DNA of 64,000 nt. Source: a virus (lineage: Duplodnaviria > Heunggongvirae > Uroviricota > Caudoviricetes). The DNA lies in the IMG/VR virus record IMGVR_UViG_3300009709_000001, positions 64,001 through 128,000 of that record. The stretch is one strand, 5' to 3'. The translations under genes were made by a program, and so were the position numbers. The notes under the pieces are model-generated. The model saw nothing but the letters and a program-made list of their open reading frames with translations, made no database searches and was not told the DNA's origin. This document shows positions 9,005 to 18,325 of this stretch, piece by piece (the stretch's first letter is position 1; the number at the start of each line of letters is the position of its first letter).

Positions 9005-10441
9005 TTATCTTTTCTTCAAAAAAGCTCTTAACGTGGCTGCTCCCTCGATAGGATTAGCTCTTTCTGGCGCAGTTTTCGATGTAATTTCACCGGATTCCGG
9101 ATCAACCTTTTCTCCACTACGAACAACACTCTTCTTTTTAAGTTGTTCGAACACATTCTTAGTGACCGCTTGCACTGCACCGTCTTCGCCGTCCTCAAGG
9201 TCCGAAATTCTCAAGCTCTTGTTATTGAATGCCAAGTCGACCTTAGAACCAACACCCGAACTTGAACGAGTCTTCATGAACTGAATCTGATAACGACCAC
9301 CTTCCTTCATGGCTGCACTTGTGAAAATACCGACAACGTTGTCAGCGGTGTTAACCTTAGAAATACCACCAGCGATATGACTTGGATCAAATTCAATTTC
9401 TTCATAAGATCCACGGTTAAGCTGTGAAGCCGATACACAAAGTACATCAAGCTCAACGGCCAAGTTACGCAACTCTTCGGTTACATACTTGTCCTTAACG
9501 AAAAGGTTTTCTGCTGAAATTTTCTTACTCATAGGAAACATCAAGTCCAAATAGTCAATCAACAATCCATCTACTTTTCTTCCGCAATGGATTTCATATT
9601 CTTTAATAAATGCTCGAACATCATTTGCGGTACAACCGTTTGGCAATTGTTTGATACGAAGTGAGCCTCTACTCTTTTGTTGAGCTGCACGAATCTTCAT
9701 GTGAACATCGTCAATGTTCTTCATAATTTCTCGTGTTTCGTAATCCGTGTGCATAGCATCGATACGCATAGCACAAAGCTTTTCACTCAGTTCCAATGAA
9801 AGGTAAACAACATTCAATCCTTGCTGTGCCCAGTTCACACCAATGTTTTGCAAGAACAATGATTTACCTGCACCGGATTGTCCTGCGAAAATTGTGATTT
9901 CGCCACGGTTAAGACCACCAAACAACTTTTCGTCAACAGATCTCCATCCGGTTGAAATCTGTCCTTTGTTTTCGCGAAGGGCCTCCAAACGTTCCTTTGG
10001 ATTTGCATAGTAATCCAGACCTAAGTCCTTAACCAATGCAATCTGGACTGCGGCCTTAATTGCGCTTTCCACTTCACCATATCTGCTATCATCAAGTAAT
10101 TTCGGTGCTGCAAAGATTGCATCACGAAGTGCCTTGTGTCTGCAAAACTTTTCGAATTCCCGTAGAAACCAACCTTCGTGTGTCGCAGCCTCAACCGGAA
10201 TTAACATGATGTCTTTTCTGGTGATTGCTTTGATTTGTTCTAATGACGGAATGATTGCAAAGTCGGTACTGTAACCCTCGATAAAGGCAACCGTATCTCT
10301 ATTTTGCCTATCGTCAAAATATTCGGATTTTAGAATACCTTTGCAACGGACAAACAAGTCCGGCTTGCTCATCATAAAGTTGATAAAAAGATCTTCGATA
10401 TCCTTGCTGTAATCAGTAATTTCGCTTGCGGTTTCTGACAT
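9005..10441 (-). CDS. DnaB-like replicative helicase (T4 gp41-like)
   Basis: Walker A GQSGAGKS, LIDYLDLM, ASQLNR, KTRSS motifs. Confidence 0.95.
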   Translation of the reverse strand: MSETASEITDYSKDIEDLFINFMMSKPDLFVRCKGILKSEYFDDRQNRDTVAFIEGYSTDFAIIPSLEQIKAITRKDIMLIPVEAATHEGWFLREFEKFCRHKALRDAIFAAPKLLDDSRYGEVESAIKAAVQIALVKDLGLDYYANPKERLEALRENKGQISTGWRSVDEKLFGGLNRGEITIFAGQSGAGKSLFLQNIGVNWAQQGLNVVYLSLELSEKLCAMRIDAMHTDYETREIMKNIDDVHMKIRAAQQKSRGSLRIKQLPNGCTANDVRAFIKEYEIHCGRKVDGLLIDYLDLMFPMSKKISAENLFVKDKYVTEELRNLAVELDVLCVSASQLNRGSYEEIEFDPSHIAGGISKVNTADNVVGIFTSAAMKEGGRYQIQFMKTRSSSGVGSKVDLAFNNKSLRISDLEDGEDGAVQAVTKNVFEQLKKKSVVRSGEKVDPESGEITSKTAPERANPIEGAATLRAFLKKR

Positions 10442-11480
10442 TCTGTTCAATTTCCCAATGTAGTTTTATGTTCATCTTTCCAGAAACAGCGGATGAGATT
10501 ATCGAATGCGTCGTCAACAATCTTCCATATTTTTCTGCTGCCTGGGCGGCGTCTTTAATACCCGAATCCCATTTAGGGAAGGATACCGCCCAATTATTTT
10601 CGATAGCAATATCTACTAGATCTTGCCCTTTCTTGTCCCTATCTGGACACACAATAATTTGTTTCTGGAGTCTATTGATAATGTCGGCTTTGGCCTGACC
10701 TATCTCACCTAGAATACTTATCCCATCTATCACATAGGCATCTAGGACTCCCTCTGTGACAAGGACATATTTACGATTCCATTCAGCTTGCCTGTCTAGA
10801 TTATAGACAAAGTCAGTTGGGCATTGCTGATAATATTTCGGGATGCTTTTGTCATCGACTGTGTAATATAATCTAGATGTAAATCCGACAATCTTATCTT
10901 TGTAAATGTATGGAATGATTAGACGCTGATTCATATTCATCTTCTTATCTGGCGTCCAATAGAAATTCTCTAGATCATAGATCTTTCGATTTAGTGCATA
11001 ATCCACAACCTTTAAAAATTCTGGATCATCTAAGCCGTATTCTAACCATTCTGTAACTGGCAACCAGTTGTCTGGCATTGCCATAGGCTTCCATTTGTCG
11101 AGGAGACTTCGAAACTTTGATTCGGCATCTTCGGGTTTGTTTTCATCACCGTCGCGAAGAACTTGAATCTGATTCTTCTGCTTGAAGATTTCAAATTCGA
11201 TTGAATCGATAAATTTGTCTTGGATGTTTAGATTCTTCAGAAAGAACTTAAAGGATTTCGAAAGTTCTTTACCTTCGGTATAGCTTGCAGAGAATCCACA
11301 ATTGAAACAGTTGACTGCAATCGACTGTGGATTGAATTGTATACCCATTCGATTTCTAGTATCTGTGCCATGACCTTGAGTATGGCACAACATACAATGG
11401 CGCTTAAACCAGCCCTTAGGGGCCAGCTTCAGCGCTCCAATGTTCTGCTTTACCGCATCAGTAATTACATCGATTATCAT
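10413..11480 (-). CDS. DNA primase (T4 gp61-like)
   Basis: Zn-binding CxxC..CFNC; TOPRIM motifs VTEGVLD, PDRD, KDA. Confidence 0.92.
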   Translation of the reverse strand: MIIDVITDAVKQNIGALKLAPKGWFKRHCMLCHTQGHGTDTRNRMGIQFNPQSIAVNCFNCGFSASYTEGKELSKSFKFFLKNLNIQDKFIDSIEFEIFKQKNQIQVLRDGDENKPEDAESKFRSLLDKWKPMAMPDNWLPVTEWLEYGLDDPEFLKVVDYALNRKIYDLENFYWTPDKKMNMNQRLIIPYIYKDKIVGFTSRLYYTVDDKSIPKYYQQCPTDFVYNLDRQAEWNRKYVLVTEGVLDAYVIDGISILGEIGQAKADIINRLQKQIIVCPDRDKKGQDLVDIAIENNWAVSFPKWDSGIKDAAQAAEKYGRLLTTHSIISSAVSGKMNIKLHWEIEQNVRNRKRNY

Positions 11481-12034
11481 TTAGTCTTACAATTTTCAAA
11501 ATGCCATTGTTTCATCTGTGGTGCACCACCTTCTTTCCCACAATGCGGGCACTGTGCCTTTTCTTGTGGAATATTTCTACGATGTCCGACTCTCTTTTCG
11601 ATCCATTCCGGTGTCTGTGGCCCTAATTTTCGATTTTTATTCTTTCCAACAAGCGAAGCTGATTTCTTCTCTGATGACTCTTTACCCATTTTCTTTCCGA
11701 ACATACCTCTTGGATTTTTATCACCTTGCCTTGCTTCCGACAATTTTTGCCTTGTTCCATCGGAAACTATTCTGCCAGAACCACCTTCACCACCGTCGGT
11801 TAAATTTCTAAGAATACCTGTATCATTATCTTTTCTTCCCCACCAACGAATATATCTTCTTTCCAGAGCAAATGCACCCAATTCTGTTAGATTAGTCTCT
11901 AAGAAGATTATCCTTGACTTATCTGACGGCGGATAAAATCCATTATGGCGCTCATATGCTCTCCTACCGCATCCTTTGCCGATATAATATGGTGTGCCAT
12001 CTTGTCGAATATAAGCATAAACGTAGAAGTTCAT
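11477..12034 (-). CDS. GIY-YIG homing endonuclease (NUMOD3, C-terminal Zn knuckle)
   Basis: YVYAY..YYIGKG..R..H, LE..YI, LRNLTDGGEG. Confidence 0.9.
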   Translation of the reverse strand: MNFYVYAYIRQDGTPYYIGKGCGRRAYERHNGFYPPSDKSRIIFLETNLTELGAFALERRYIRWWGRKDNDTGILRNLTDGGEGGSGRIVSDGTRQKLSEARQGDKNPRGMFGKKMGKESSEKKSASLVGKNKNRKLGPQTPEWIEKRVGHRRNIPQEKAQCPHCGKEGGAPQMKQWHFENCKTK

Positions 12035-12039
12035 TTTGT

Positions 12040-12068
12040 ATTATAGCAGTTTTCTAAAGAAAAGTCAA
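12040..12068 (-). promoter_or_regulatory. sigma70 promoter with extended -10
   Basis: TTGACT-17 nt-TATAAT with TG upstream of the -10. Confidence 0.8.
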
Positions 12069-12070
12069 AG

Positions 12071-12102
12071 AAAAAGGACGACCCTTAGCCTAGTTGTCGT
12101 CC
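12071..12102 (-). terminator. intrinsic terminator
   Basis: GGACGAC/GTCGTCC stem followed by U-tract. Confidence 0.65.
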
Positions 12103-12134
12103 ATAACCTTATTAGAAAGATTTAATTGGGAGAT

Positions 12135-12278
12135 TTACTTTTTCTTCGGTAAAGAAGGTGGTTTAGGTGGTTTCCTATGTTCCATCACAGTTGTAGCTGG
12201 ATGACGTTTTACATAAGATTCTGATACAAAACGACCGGTGATAGCGCTGAGGACGTGGCCGCCTGGTTTCTTGGACAT
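12135..12278 (-). CDS. 47-aa basic small protein (MSKKPGGHVLSAITGRFVSESYVKRHPATTVME...)
   Basis: AAGGAGA RBS, ATG..TAA; below the ORF-track cutoff. Confidence 0.7.
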   Translation of the reverse strand: MSKKPGGHVLSAITGRFVSESYVKRHPATTVMEHRKPPKPPSLPKKK

Positions 12279-12370
12279 TTTAATGTCTCCTTTGTTATGT
12301 TGGGTTGAAATTAGCCCAACATATTACTTATCTTCTGCCATAGAAGAAAGGAAACATTAAATTATTGATG

Positions 12371-13243
12371 TCAAGCCCTTACAATTAGTTTCTTTAGAAT
12401 ACCGGGATAGAGAACTTCAGTGCTTGGGAAGTATCTAAACTTCAACCACATGAAGTTGGCGCTGAATGTCCACGCCTGTGTTCCAGTATAAGAAATAAAT
12501 TCGATATCTGTAGACATCGACGATGGATAAATTCTAAACCATCTTGATTCTTGAAGATATGGATCTGGCGTTTCTTCCAGTGTTCCCCAAATTTCTAACC
12601 TACCAGTAAAATCTTCTGTGTAAGTTGAAAAAGAATGAACCGATTCTTTATGGTTGAGTACACGAGCACCTGCAATGCGACCAGTATAGAAGCAAGGTGT
12701 CGGTGGACCAAATGTCGGAATAAGAATGTCTGGTGTCCAATCCTTTGGTTCATAAATCACACTAGGAAGCGGAGCCTTCATCGCTTGCTCTGTAATTTCG
12801 ATTTCCATATTGACATTATCGTACATATCGCTGTAGAGTGGTTTCTCTACATAATAACCCGGAATATTTGCAACAAAGTTTTCTGTTCTAATCAGAACCA
12901 TTTCGTATAGTCCGGCATGAACATCAACAATATCACCAGAATCAAGTTCTAATGTAATGATACCTTTCGCTGGACCGAGACGGCAAAGCTTTTCGAGCAC
13001 AACCATTCTATTATCGGGGTCGATAATTCTTGCATAAACCTGCTCGCCACAACCAATGTCGTAGGGAATGCGATCAGGCCCAAGGGTTCTAAAAATGATC
13101 TTGTTATCGATTCCCTTGTGGGCTTTGATCGGATTCTTATTCATTGGGCCGTTGTCCCCTTTGCAAGCACAAAATGTATCTCCAAGAACGAGGAGTTGCC
13201 TGACGTGGTCATACATATAGACCTTATTGAAGGATACATCCAC
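12371..13243 (-). CDS. putative virion/baseplate-associated protein
   Basis: beta-rich 290-aa ORF; start re-called to GTG 13243 behind AAAGGAGA. Confidence 0.6.
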   Translation of the reverse strand: MDVSFNKVYMYDHVRQLLVLGDTFCACKGDNGPMNKNPIKAHKGIDNKIIFRTLGPDRIPYDIGCGEQVYARIIDPDNRMVVLEKLCRLGPAKGIITLELDSGDIVDVHAGLYEMVLIRTENFVANIPGYYVEKPLYSDMYDNVNMEIEITEQAMKAPLPSVIYEPKDWTPDILIPTFGPPTPCFYTGRIAGARVLNHKESVHSFSTYTEDFTGRLEIWGTLEETPDPYLQESRWFRIYPSSMSTDIEFISYTGTQAWTFSANFMWLKFRYFPSTEVLYPGILKKLIVRA

Positions 13244-13244
13244 A

Positions 13245-13892
13245 TCAATCTCCTTTTGTGCATTTGTTGTAATGGTGTTGCTTAATTGCGCTGGATCCAC
13301 CAAATTTCCTGCATACAATACACGATAATAATGGTTGTGGTCCTTTAGGTACACCTTTTAATGTGTTACTTATCGAATCTTTCGCCGCCTGTGACCTGGG
13401 TGTGCCAATCTTTGCCACACTCTGTTTCCTCTTAGTATCGTCTGATACTACACGACCCTTGTTTGGATTATACTTAGAAAAGGAATCGCGTATTTTCTGC
13501 TTGTGCTTGTCTGTTAAGGGAATTCCCTTCTTGGCTTGTCGAGAAGCCTCTTTAATTACAGAATATTCTTCGGGTGTAAAAATTCTTCTCCCATCTTTAA
13601 GAGTGCATAAACCCGATAAGGCATATAACATTTTTCTTTTTATCGGACCAGTAAATATTTCGCTAAGTAACTGGTGTGCGATAAAGTGCTCTTTCGCTGA
13701 TAAAATTACCAAATTATTTTTATCAGTCCTTTGGTCATCTGTATCGCACACACACTTCGGAAGGATATGATGTTTTTCAGTATATCCATCAATTGTAGAA
13801 CGAGATAGGCAATCTTCGATAAGCGCGGCATATTCTGCAGCTCTAATCTTATCTGAGGCAAGTTCGAGAATTTTCTGTAAATAATTGTTCAT
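13245..13892 (-). CDS. HNH homing endonuclease with NUMOD3 repeats
   Basis: EKHHILPK..NLVILSAKEHFIAH; late motif at 13900-13907. Confidence 0.9.
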   Translation of the reverse strand: MNNYLQKILELASDKIRAAEYAALIEDCLSRSTIDGYTEKHHILPKCVCDTDDQRTDKNNLVILSAKEHFIAHQLLSEIFTGPIKRKMLYALSGLCTLKDGRRIFTPEEYSVIKEASRQAKKGIPLTDKHKQKIRDSFSKYNPNKGRVVSDDTKRKQSVAKIGTPRSQAAKDSISNTLKGVPKGPQPLLSCIVCRKFGGSSAIKQHHYNKCTKGD

Positions 13893-13962
13893 ATTGCTAT
13901 ATTTATCAAGACCTACTTCAAAAAAAGTTCCAATATGACCGGTTCTTCATAAATAAGTCGTT

Positions 13963-14334
13963 ATGATAAATTTAGACCAAATTCAGGAAAAATTCCCCTT
14001 TCTAAGCGGATTACGCTTCCAAAGTCAGGAGTTCATTGGCATTATCCAAAATTCTGATGACAAGATCATTAGTTTCTACGATTACGAGTCCATTAGAACG
14101 CCCGAGGAGAAGAAGCTGTTCCTCGAGCTGGGCGAAACGTGGTGGTGGGAGAGTAATCGACTATTGCCTATCAACATCTTCCTTCAAGGACAGATGCTAC
14201 CTTACAGATATTGTATGAAGACAGTAGTGAATAAGGATGTCGAAGTAATGTTCGGATCTGTTACCAGTCTAAACAATATTATGAAGAAAAGAATTAAGAA
14301 GCGCCAGATTCAGCTGGTGAGGAAATCGGATTAG
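13963..14334 (+). CDS. conserved phage hypothetical protein
   Basis: 123-aa plus-strand ORF (ETWWWESNRLLPINIF) filling the gap; CATAAATA upstream. Confidence 0.75.
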   Translation: MINLDQIQEKFPFLSGLRFQSQEFIGIIQNSDDKIISFYDYESIRTPEEKKLFLELGETWWWESNRLLPINIFLQGQMLPYRYCMKTVVNKDVEVMFGSVTSLNNIMKKRIKKRQIQLVRKSD

Positions 14335-14509
14335 GTTCAAATTCTACCGTGGCGTAGGAAAACTCAAATCCGATAAGTCTAAACATAACAAGATCACTTT
14401 CGTCAATATTCGTTTGACGGCTAATCCCTGCATTATCTAACCAATTATCCATCGGAGTAGTATCTCCGGAATAACTTCCAATGGATTTAACATATCGAAA
14501 TTCATTCAT
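14294..14509 (-). CDS. small hypothetical protein, family B
   Basis: NWL...ESDLVMFRL motif. Confidence 0.6.
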   Translation of the reverse strand: MNEFRYVKSIGSYSGDTTPMDNWLDNAGISRQTNIDESDLVMFRLIGFEFSYATVEFEPNPISSPAESGAS

Positions 14510-15092
14510 TTGACATTTTCTCGATTAGTAAATTCAAATTCACAATAATGGCCAGTGCATAAGAAATGGCGTGCCCACGCTTGAACTGGTACACATTATC
14601 TCCTTCCACTTTTGTCCACACTTCTTTCCTAACACGATCCCAATCGTGGCTCTGCAGGTAAGCTTTAGCTGGCCGGACAATAGCCAAAATCATTGCCAAA
14701 TCTTCAACACTTTCTGGTTTATATTTCTGTAAGAGATGACTGTAACCGTTAAGGTGAAAGAGTTGATCTGTAATTGCTTCGTACTGAAAGAAATCCCAAG
14801 GTGGTTCCTTATTAAGCAATTCGAGCAAATGTGCTTCGTCTCGAACCCCTTCATACATATTCACATTCAAGAAGTCAATCTTAAAGTAACCATAATCACC
14901 TGCAATCCTGTGATCAATGGTTGATACATTGGTTGTAGGATCCCGTGGAATATTCTGAAAGTAAACACCGGTGTTGTGTTTATCATACTTTCCACCTTCG
15001 CGATCAATTCGACCAAAGATACAATCAAAGGTCTCTACAATGTGGTCGCGGCCAAAGACATCGATATCAACATCAGCCTGAATTGGAATCAT
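14502..15092 (-). CDS. minimal DnaE (DNA polymerase III alpha)-like protein
   Basis: ADVDID, KHNTGVYF, YFKIDFL, LAIVRPA, YQFKRGHAISYA correspond to DnaE PDxDxD, HAxGV, KxDxL, RPG and FNKSHxxxY. Confidence 0.8.
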   Translation of the reverse strand: MIPIQADVDIDVFGRDHIVETFDCIFGRIDREGGKYDKHNTGVYFQNIPRDPTTNVSTIDHRIAGDYGYFKIDFLNVNMYEGVRDEAHLLELLNKEPPWDFFQYEAITDQLFHLNGYSHLLQKYKPESVEDLAMILAIVRPAKAYLQSHDWDRVRKEVWTKVEGDNVYQFKRGHAISYALAIIVNLNLLIEKMSNE

Positions 15093-15747
15093 AATAATAT
15101 TCCTGTGGAAATTTTTTCATTTTACCGTAAAATACTGTCCTAGTCACACCAATATTCTCTACCGCTTCTGTAATATTTGAAAATCTTCCAAATGGTGTTG
15201 TAACCGATTTTCCCTTAGTCTTACCTTTTAAGGATTTAGACCGTTTTAATTTTGTCTCTTCGGATTGTATTTTTCCCATGTGAGATATTGATTGCTTTAA
15301 TCGTGTTTCATCTGAGGGCGTTATTCCTTTGTTCCATGCTGGGCCAAGAATCCGACCTTTATTTTTTCCCATCATAGTTTCTCTTCTTTTAGAATTAGTT
15401 TCTTCAGAATGGGAACCAAGAATTCGACCTTTATTTTTCTTACTAATCAACATTTTGGACTCATCGGTATGTTTCAAACCCGATGACCTTTCACCGCCAT
15501 CTGTTCTATTTTGTAGAATACCGGTACCTAAATCTTTTCTCCCATACCAGCGAATATAACGGCGTTCAAGAGCTAGTGCACCTATATCCGATAGATTAGT
15601 TTCAAGAAAAATTATTCTGCATGGATCTGCCGGAATATTCAAATTGTGATTTTTAGCCCATGCCCGATTTTCTTTTCCTTTACCAATATAGTAGGGACTT
15701 CCGTCTTGTCGAAGATAGGCGTAGACATAATAGATATATTTTATCAT
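15073..15747 (-). CDS. GIY-YIG homing endonuclease with NUMOD3 repeats
   Basis: YVYAY..YYIGKG, NRTDGGE, SEETKLKRS repeats. Confidence 0.9.
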   Translation of the reverse strand: MIKYIYYVYAYLRQDGSPYYIGKGKENRAWAKNHNLNIPADPCRIIFLETNLSDIGALALERRYIRWYGRKDLGTGILQNRTDGGERSSGLKHTDESKMLISKKNKGRILGSHSEETNSKRRETMMGKNKGRILGPAWNKGITPSDETRLKQSISHMGKIQSEETKLKRSKSLKGKTKGKSVTTPFGRFSNITEAVENIGVTRTVFYGKMKKFPQEYYYDSNSG

Positions 15748-15776
15748 CTACTATTTATCAAATGTCGACGTCAGCA

Positions 15777-16043
15777 TCAATCTTCTTTATCATTTTTTGG
15801 TGGATTCAGGGGAGGAATGTACGGACAGTAATAATAACCGGTGTCGACAGTAAGGTTTACACTTCGATAGGTAACGGTTGTATTATCTGGAGCAGGAAAT
15901 TTCAGCTTATAAGCGACTATATCTTCATCGCGAAGTAAAGTTACTACACCGGTATCGAAATCATAGTCGAAATTTTCTGTTCCGACTACTTCCATTAGCC
16001 AATCAGCTACTTCCCTTTTCGAAGGGCCAATTTTTACTTTCAT
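15777..16043 (-). CDS. small hypothetical protein, family B, with capsid-like C-terminal motif
   Basis: ADWL...EDIVAYKLKF...DTGYYYCPYIP. Confidence 0.65.
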   Translation of the reverse strand: MKVKIGPSKREVADWLMEVVGTENFDYDFDTGVVTLLRDEDIVAYKLKFPAPDNTTVTYRSVNLTVDTGYYYCPYIPPLNPPKNDKED

Positions 16044-16245
16044 TTTCTATCATCTGTTCGATTTTAGTTTTAGTTCTTACACCACCGAAAGTTAGAATAG
16101 CACACATTGCATCTTGTTCACTTTCGAATACGACTTTCCTAAATGGCCAATGATCGATATAGACATCGACACAGTTTGCAGACAGCCATGCTGAAACTTT
16201 TCTATATTCGGTAACAGTCATGGAGTTGAAAACCACTTCTATCAT
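16003..16245 (-). CDS. small hypothetical protein, family B
   Basis: AWL...FESEQDAMCAILTFG. Confidence 0.65.
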   Translation of the reverse strand: MIEVVFNSMTVTEYRKVSAWLSANCVDVYIDHWPFRKVVFESEQDAMCAILTFGGVRTKTKIEQMIENESKNWPFEKGSS

Positions 16246-16943
16246 AGGTTTGCTGCTTTCATTACTTCGGTGATATAATTCATATCATCCTCAGCCTTCT
16301 TAAATTTTCTCATCCAGAAATTAGGGTCAATGATCTTACCAATCATTCTGCCATGGTCTTCGTTAAACTTCTGCACCAGGGCATCGCCTGTTAATGACAG
16401 ATATAGAATCCACGGACTAAGTCTTCCCGATCTAATGATATGAGCTGCTTCGTTTGCAGTAATTCGTTGAAAGAATTCATTAAATGGTACTTTATTCTTT
16501 TCGCACCATTCGGCAATTTCTGTAATCGATCTATCTGCGGCGGCGGTTGCTGGTTCTTTCTTGATTAAATCTTCGATGTAAATATCGTAGACATGATCTT
16601 TTGTCCAGTCCTTGAGATCAACTCCGTTCTTAATAACGAAATCGATATATTGTTCCATATGAACTGGTTTTAGTAATGCTAGATGATTACCGAATTTAGC
16701 AAAGTCGATGTAATATGGACTATTGATAAACTCATCAAGAGTCTTAGGTTTCTTTGCACCCATCGAAATCGCATAGAAGCGCTGATAGGCAAGAAAACCG
16801 AAGCGTGATCCAGCCAGACCGGAATCCATATGGCGTCTTTTCTTAACGCACATATGGGTGATCAGTGTTTGTTCTTTATGAAACTTTGTTTTACAGAACT
16901 TACATTCGTATTTCTGTTCCATTGCTTTCTTCTTTGCTTGCAA
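16242..16943 (-). CDS. C2H2/C2HC zinc-finger hypothetical protein
   Basis: YECKFCKTKF..L..HMC. Confidence 0.7.
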   Translation of the reverse strand: MQAKKKAMEQKYECKFCKTKFHKEQTLITHMCVKKRRHMDSGLAGSRFGFLAYQRFYAISMGAKKPKTLDEFINSPYYIDFAKFGNHLALLKPVHMEQYIDFVIKNGVDLKDWTKDHVYDIYIEDLIKKEPATAAADRSITEIAEWCEKNKVPFNEFFQRITANEAAHIIRSGRLSPWILYLSLTGDALVQKFNEDHGRMIGKIIDPNFWMRKFKKAEDDMNYITEVMKAANL

Positions 16944-16945
16944 TC

Positions 16946-17524
16946 TTATTTACCCTTCGCATCTTTGAACAGCTCTTTGATTGATTTATCATCCATGCCG
17001 TTTTCTCTAAAGAATGCTTCCAGTTCTTCTTGTGTGTTGATCTGCAGAAGTAGTTCTAATTCGTCGTCTTTTAGCAACGGATATCTTTCGATAATGGCTG
17101 CCTCAACTTTATTCTTCTTAACGCCCTTCGGTGGAGCAATCCACGGATGGAATTGCTTACGGCCTGTCCCGCATAGTGCGAGCAACTTCCATTGCAATTC
17201 CGGGTGTTTTGTTAGATTACTGAAATTGTGGTTGACTAAGTCGTTTACCATCATCAAATGATGTTCTGGAATCGACTGCGATGAACTCATAAATCTCATC
17301 AAAACCCACAAACTGATTTCTTTCTTATGTTCATCCGAAAGATTCTTATAGAAAGACATATTGCAGGTGTCCATTGCCAACAATTCAGTTGGCAAACCAA
17401 GAGTGCTTTCTTTCTTTTTCTTCTTGGTTTCTTCTTCCTTAACTGCATCGGGATTCATTGCATAGAATCCATCGATCCAATCTCCAATATCGTTACTCAA
17501 AGAGTGCTCCAATATCAATAACAT
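16946..17524 (-). CDS. putative clamp-loader small subunit (T4 gp62-like); true start probably downstream
   Basis: WVLMRFMS..VN..HPELQW..RKQFHPWI pattern; replication context. Confidence 0.5.
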   Translation of the reverse strand: MLLILEHSLSNDIGDWIDGFYAMNPDAVKEEETKKKKKESTLGLPTELLAMDTCNMSFYKNLSDEHKKEISLWVLMRFMSSSQSIPEHHLMMVNDLVNHNFSNLTKHPELQWKLLALCGTGRKQFHPWIAPPKGVKKNKVEAAIIERYPLLKDDELELLLQINTQEELEAFFRENGMDDKSIKELFKDAKGK

Positions 17525-17996
17525 CCGGTAGTTTGCTCACTTCTTTCACGAAAAGAACGCAATTTGGGTGGGGTGTGTCTTCGACAGGCACAACTAAGAT
17601 GTTACCGTTTTTAAGTTTCGGGAAAAACCACTTTACTTCGGCGTACACATTTGTGATGTTAATTTCTTGTGGACGCGGAACCATATGCCTAAGTGGATTG
17701 AAAACCATTGTATGGAATCCACGATCATTCAAACTGGTAAGTGGCATTAATTCAAGGTCACTGTAGTCCTCGTCACAGACAAGAATCGACCAGTCCAGTG
17801 GCATTTGAATCGTATAATCCCCAATTTTTAATACTACAGCAGGAGCATGAAAACTCTCAAGGAAAATCAAGGGAATAAAGAAATAGTCAGGATTCTTCGG
17901 ATCGGAGTAATCTAGAACACAATATCTAATATCCTCAATTTCATTAGGAATCTTGTCTAAGTTGTATGCACGGTTTTCGTTTGTTAAAATATTCAT
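17493..17996 (-). CDS. conserved phage hypothetical protein (possible degenerate Hint fold)
   Basis: beta-rich ORF starting MNILTNEN; ATGA-coupled to upstream gene. Confidence 0.65.
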   Translation of the reverse strand: MNILTNENRAYNLDKIPNEIEDIRYCVLDYSDPKNPDYFFIPLIFLESFHAPAVVLKIGDYTIQMPLDWSILVCDEDYSDLELMPLTSLNDRGFHTMVFNPLRHMVPRPQEINITNVYAEVKWFFPKLKNGNILVVPVEDTPHPNCVLFVKEVSKLPDVIDIGALFE

Positions 17997-18325
17997 TTGA
18001 TTCCTAATACTTCTTTTCTGTAAATTTCCCATTCAGCATCAAGTTTACGCTGATCTAGCTTCACTGGTGCTTTGCCGATTGGAATCATATGTAAGCCAAC
18101 CCCACATCGCTGTAGATAATCGCAAAGCATATTATTCAGGCCGAGATTTCTGGTCGATAAAAACGAAATGGCAGTTGCTGTTTCCGAATCATCTTCGTAA
18201 ACGATTGCAAGCTTTGGACAAATGCCGTCATTAACCATTTCTAATTTAACGTCTAATTCGTTTGCGATCATGAATTCCCTTATCAGGGATTCGTAACCAT
18301 ATGAAATTATTGTGTTAATTCTCAT
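17993..18325 (-). CDS. hypothetical protein
   Basis: 110-aa coupled ORF. Confidence 0.65.
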   Translation of the reverse strand: MRINTIISYGYESLIREFMIANELDVKLEMVNDGICPKLAIVYEDDSETATAISFLSTRNLGLNNMLCDYLQRCGVGLHMIPIGKAPVKLDQRKLDAEWEIYRKEVLGIK

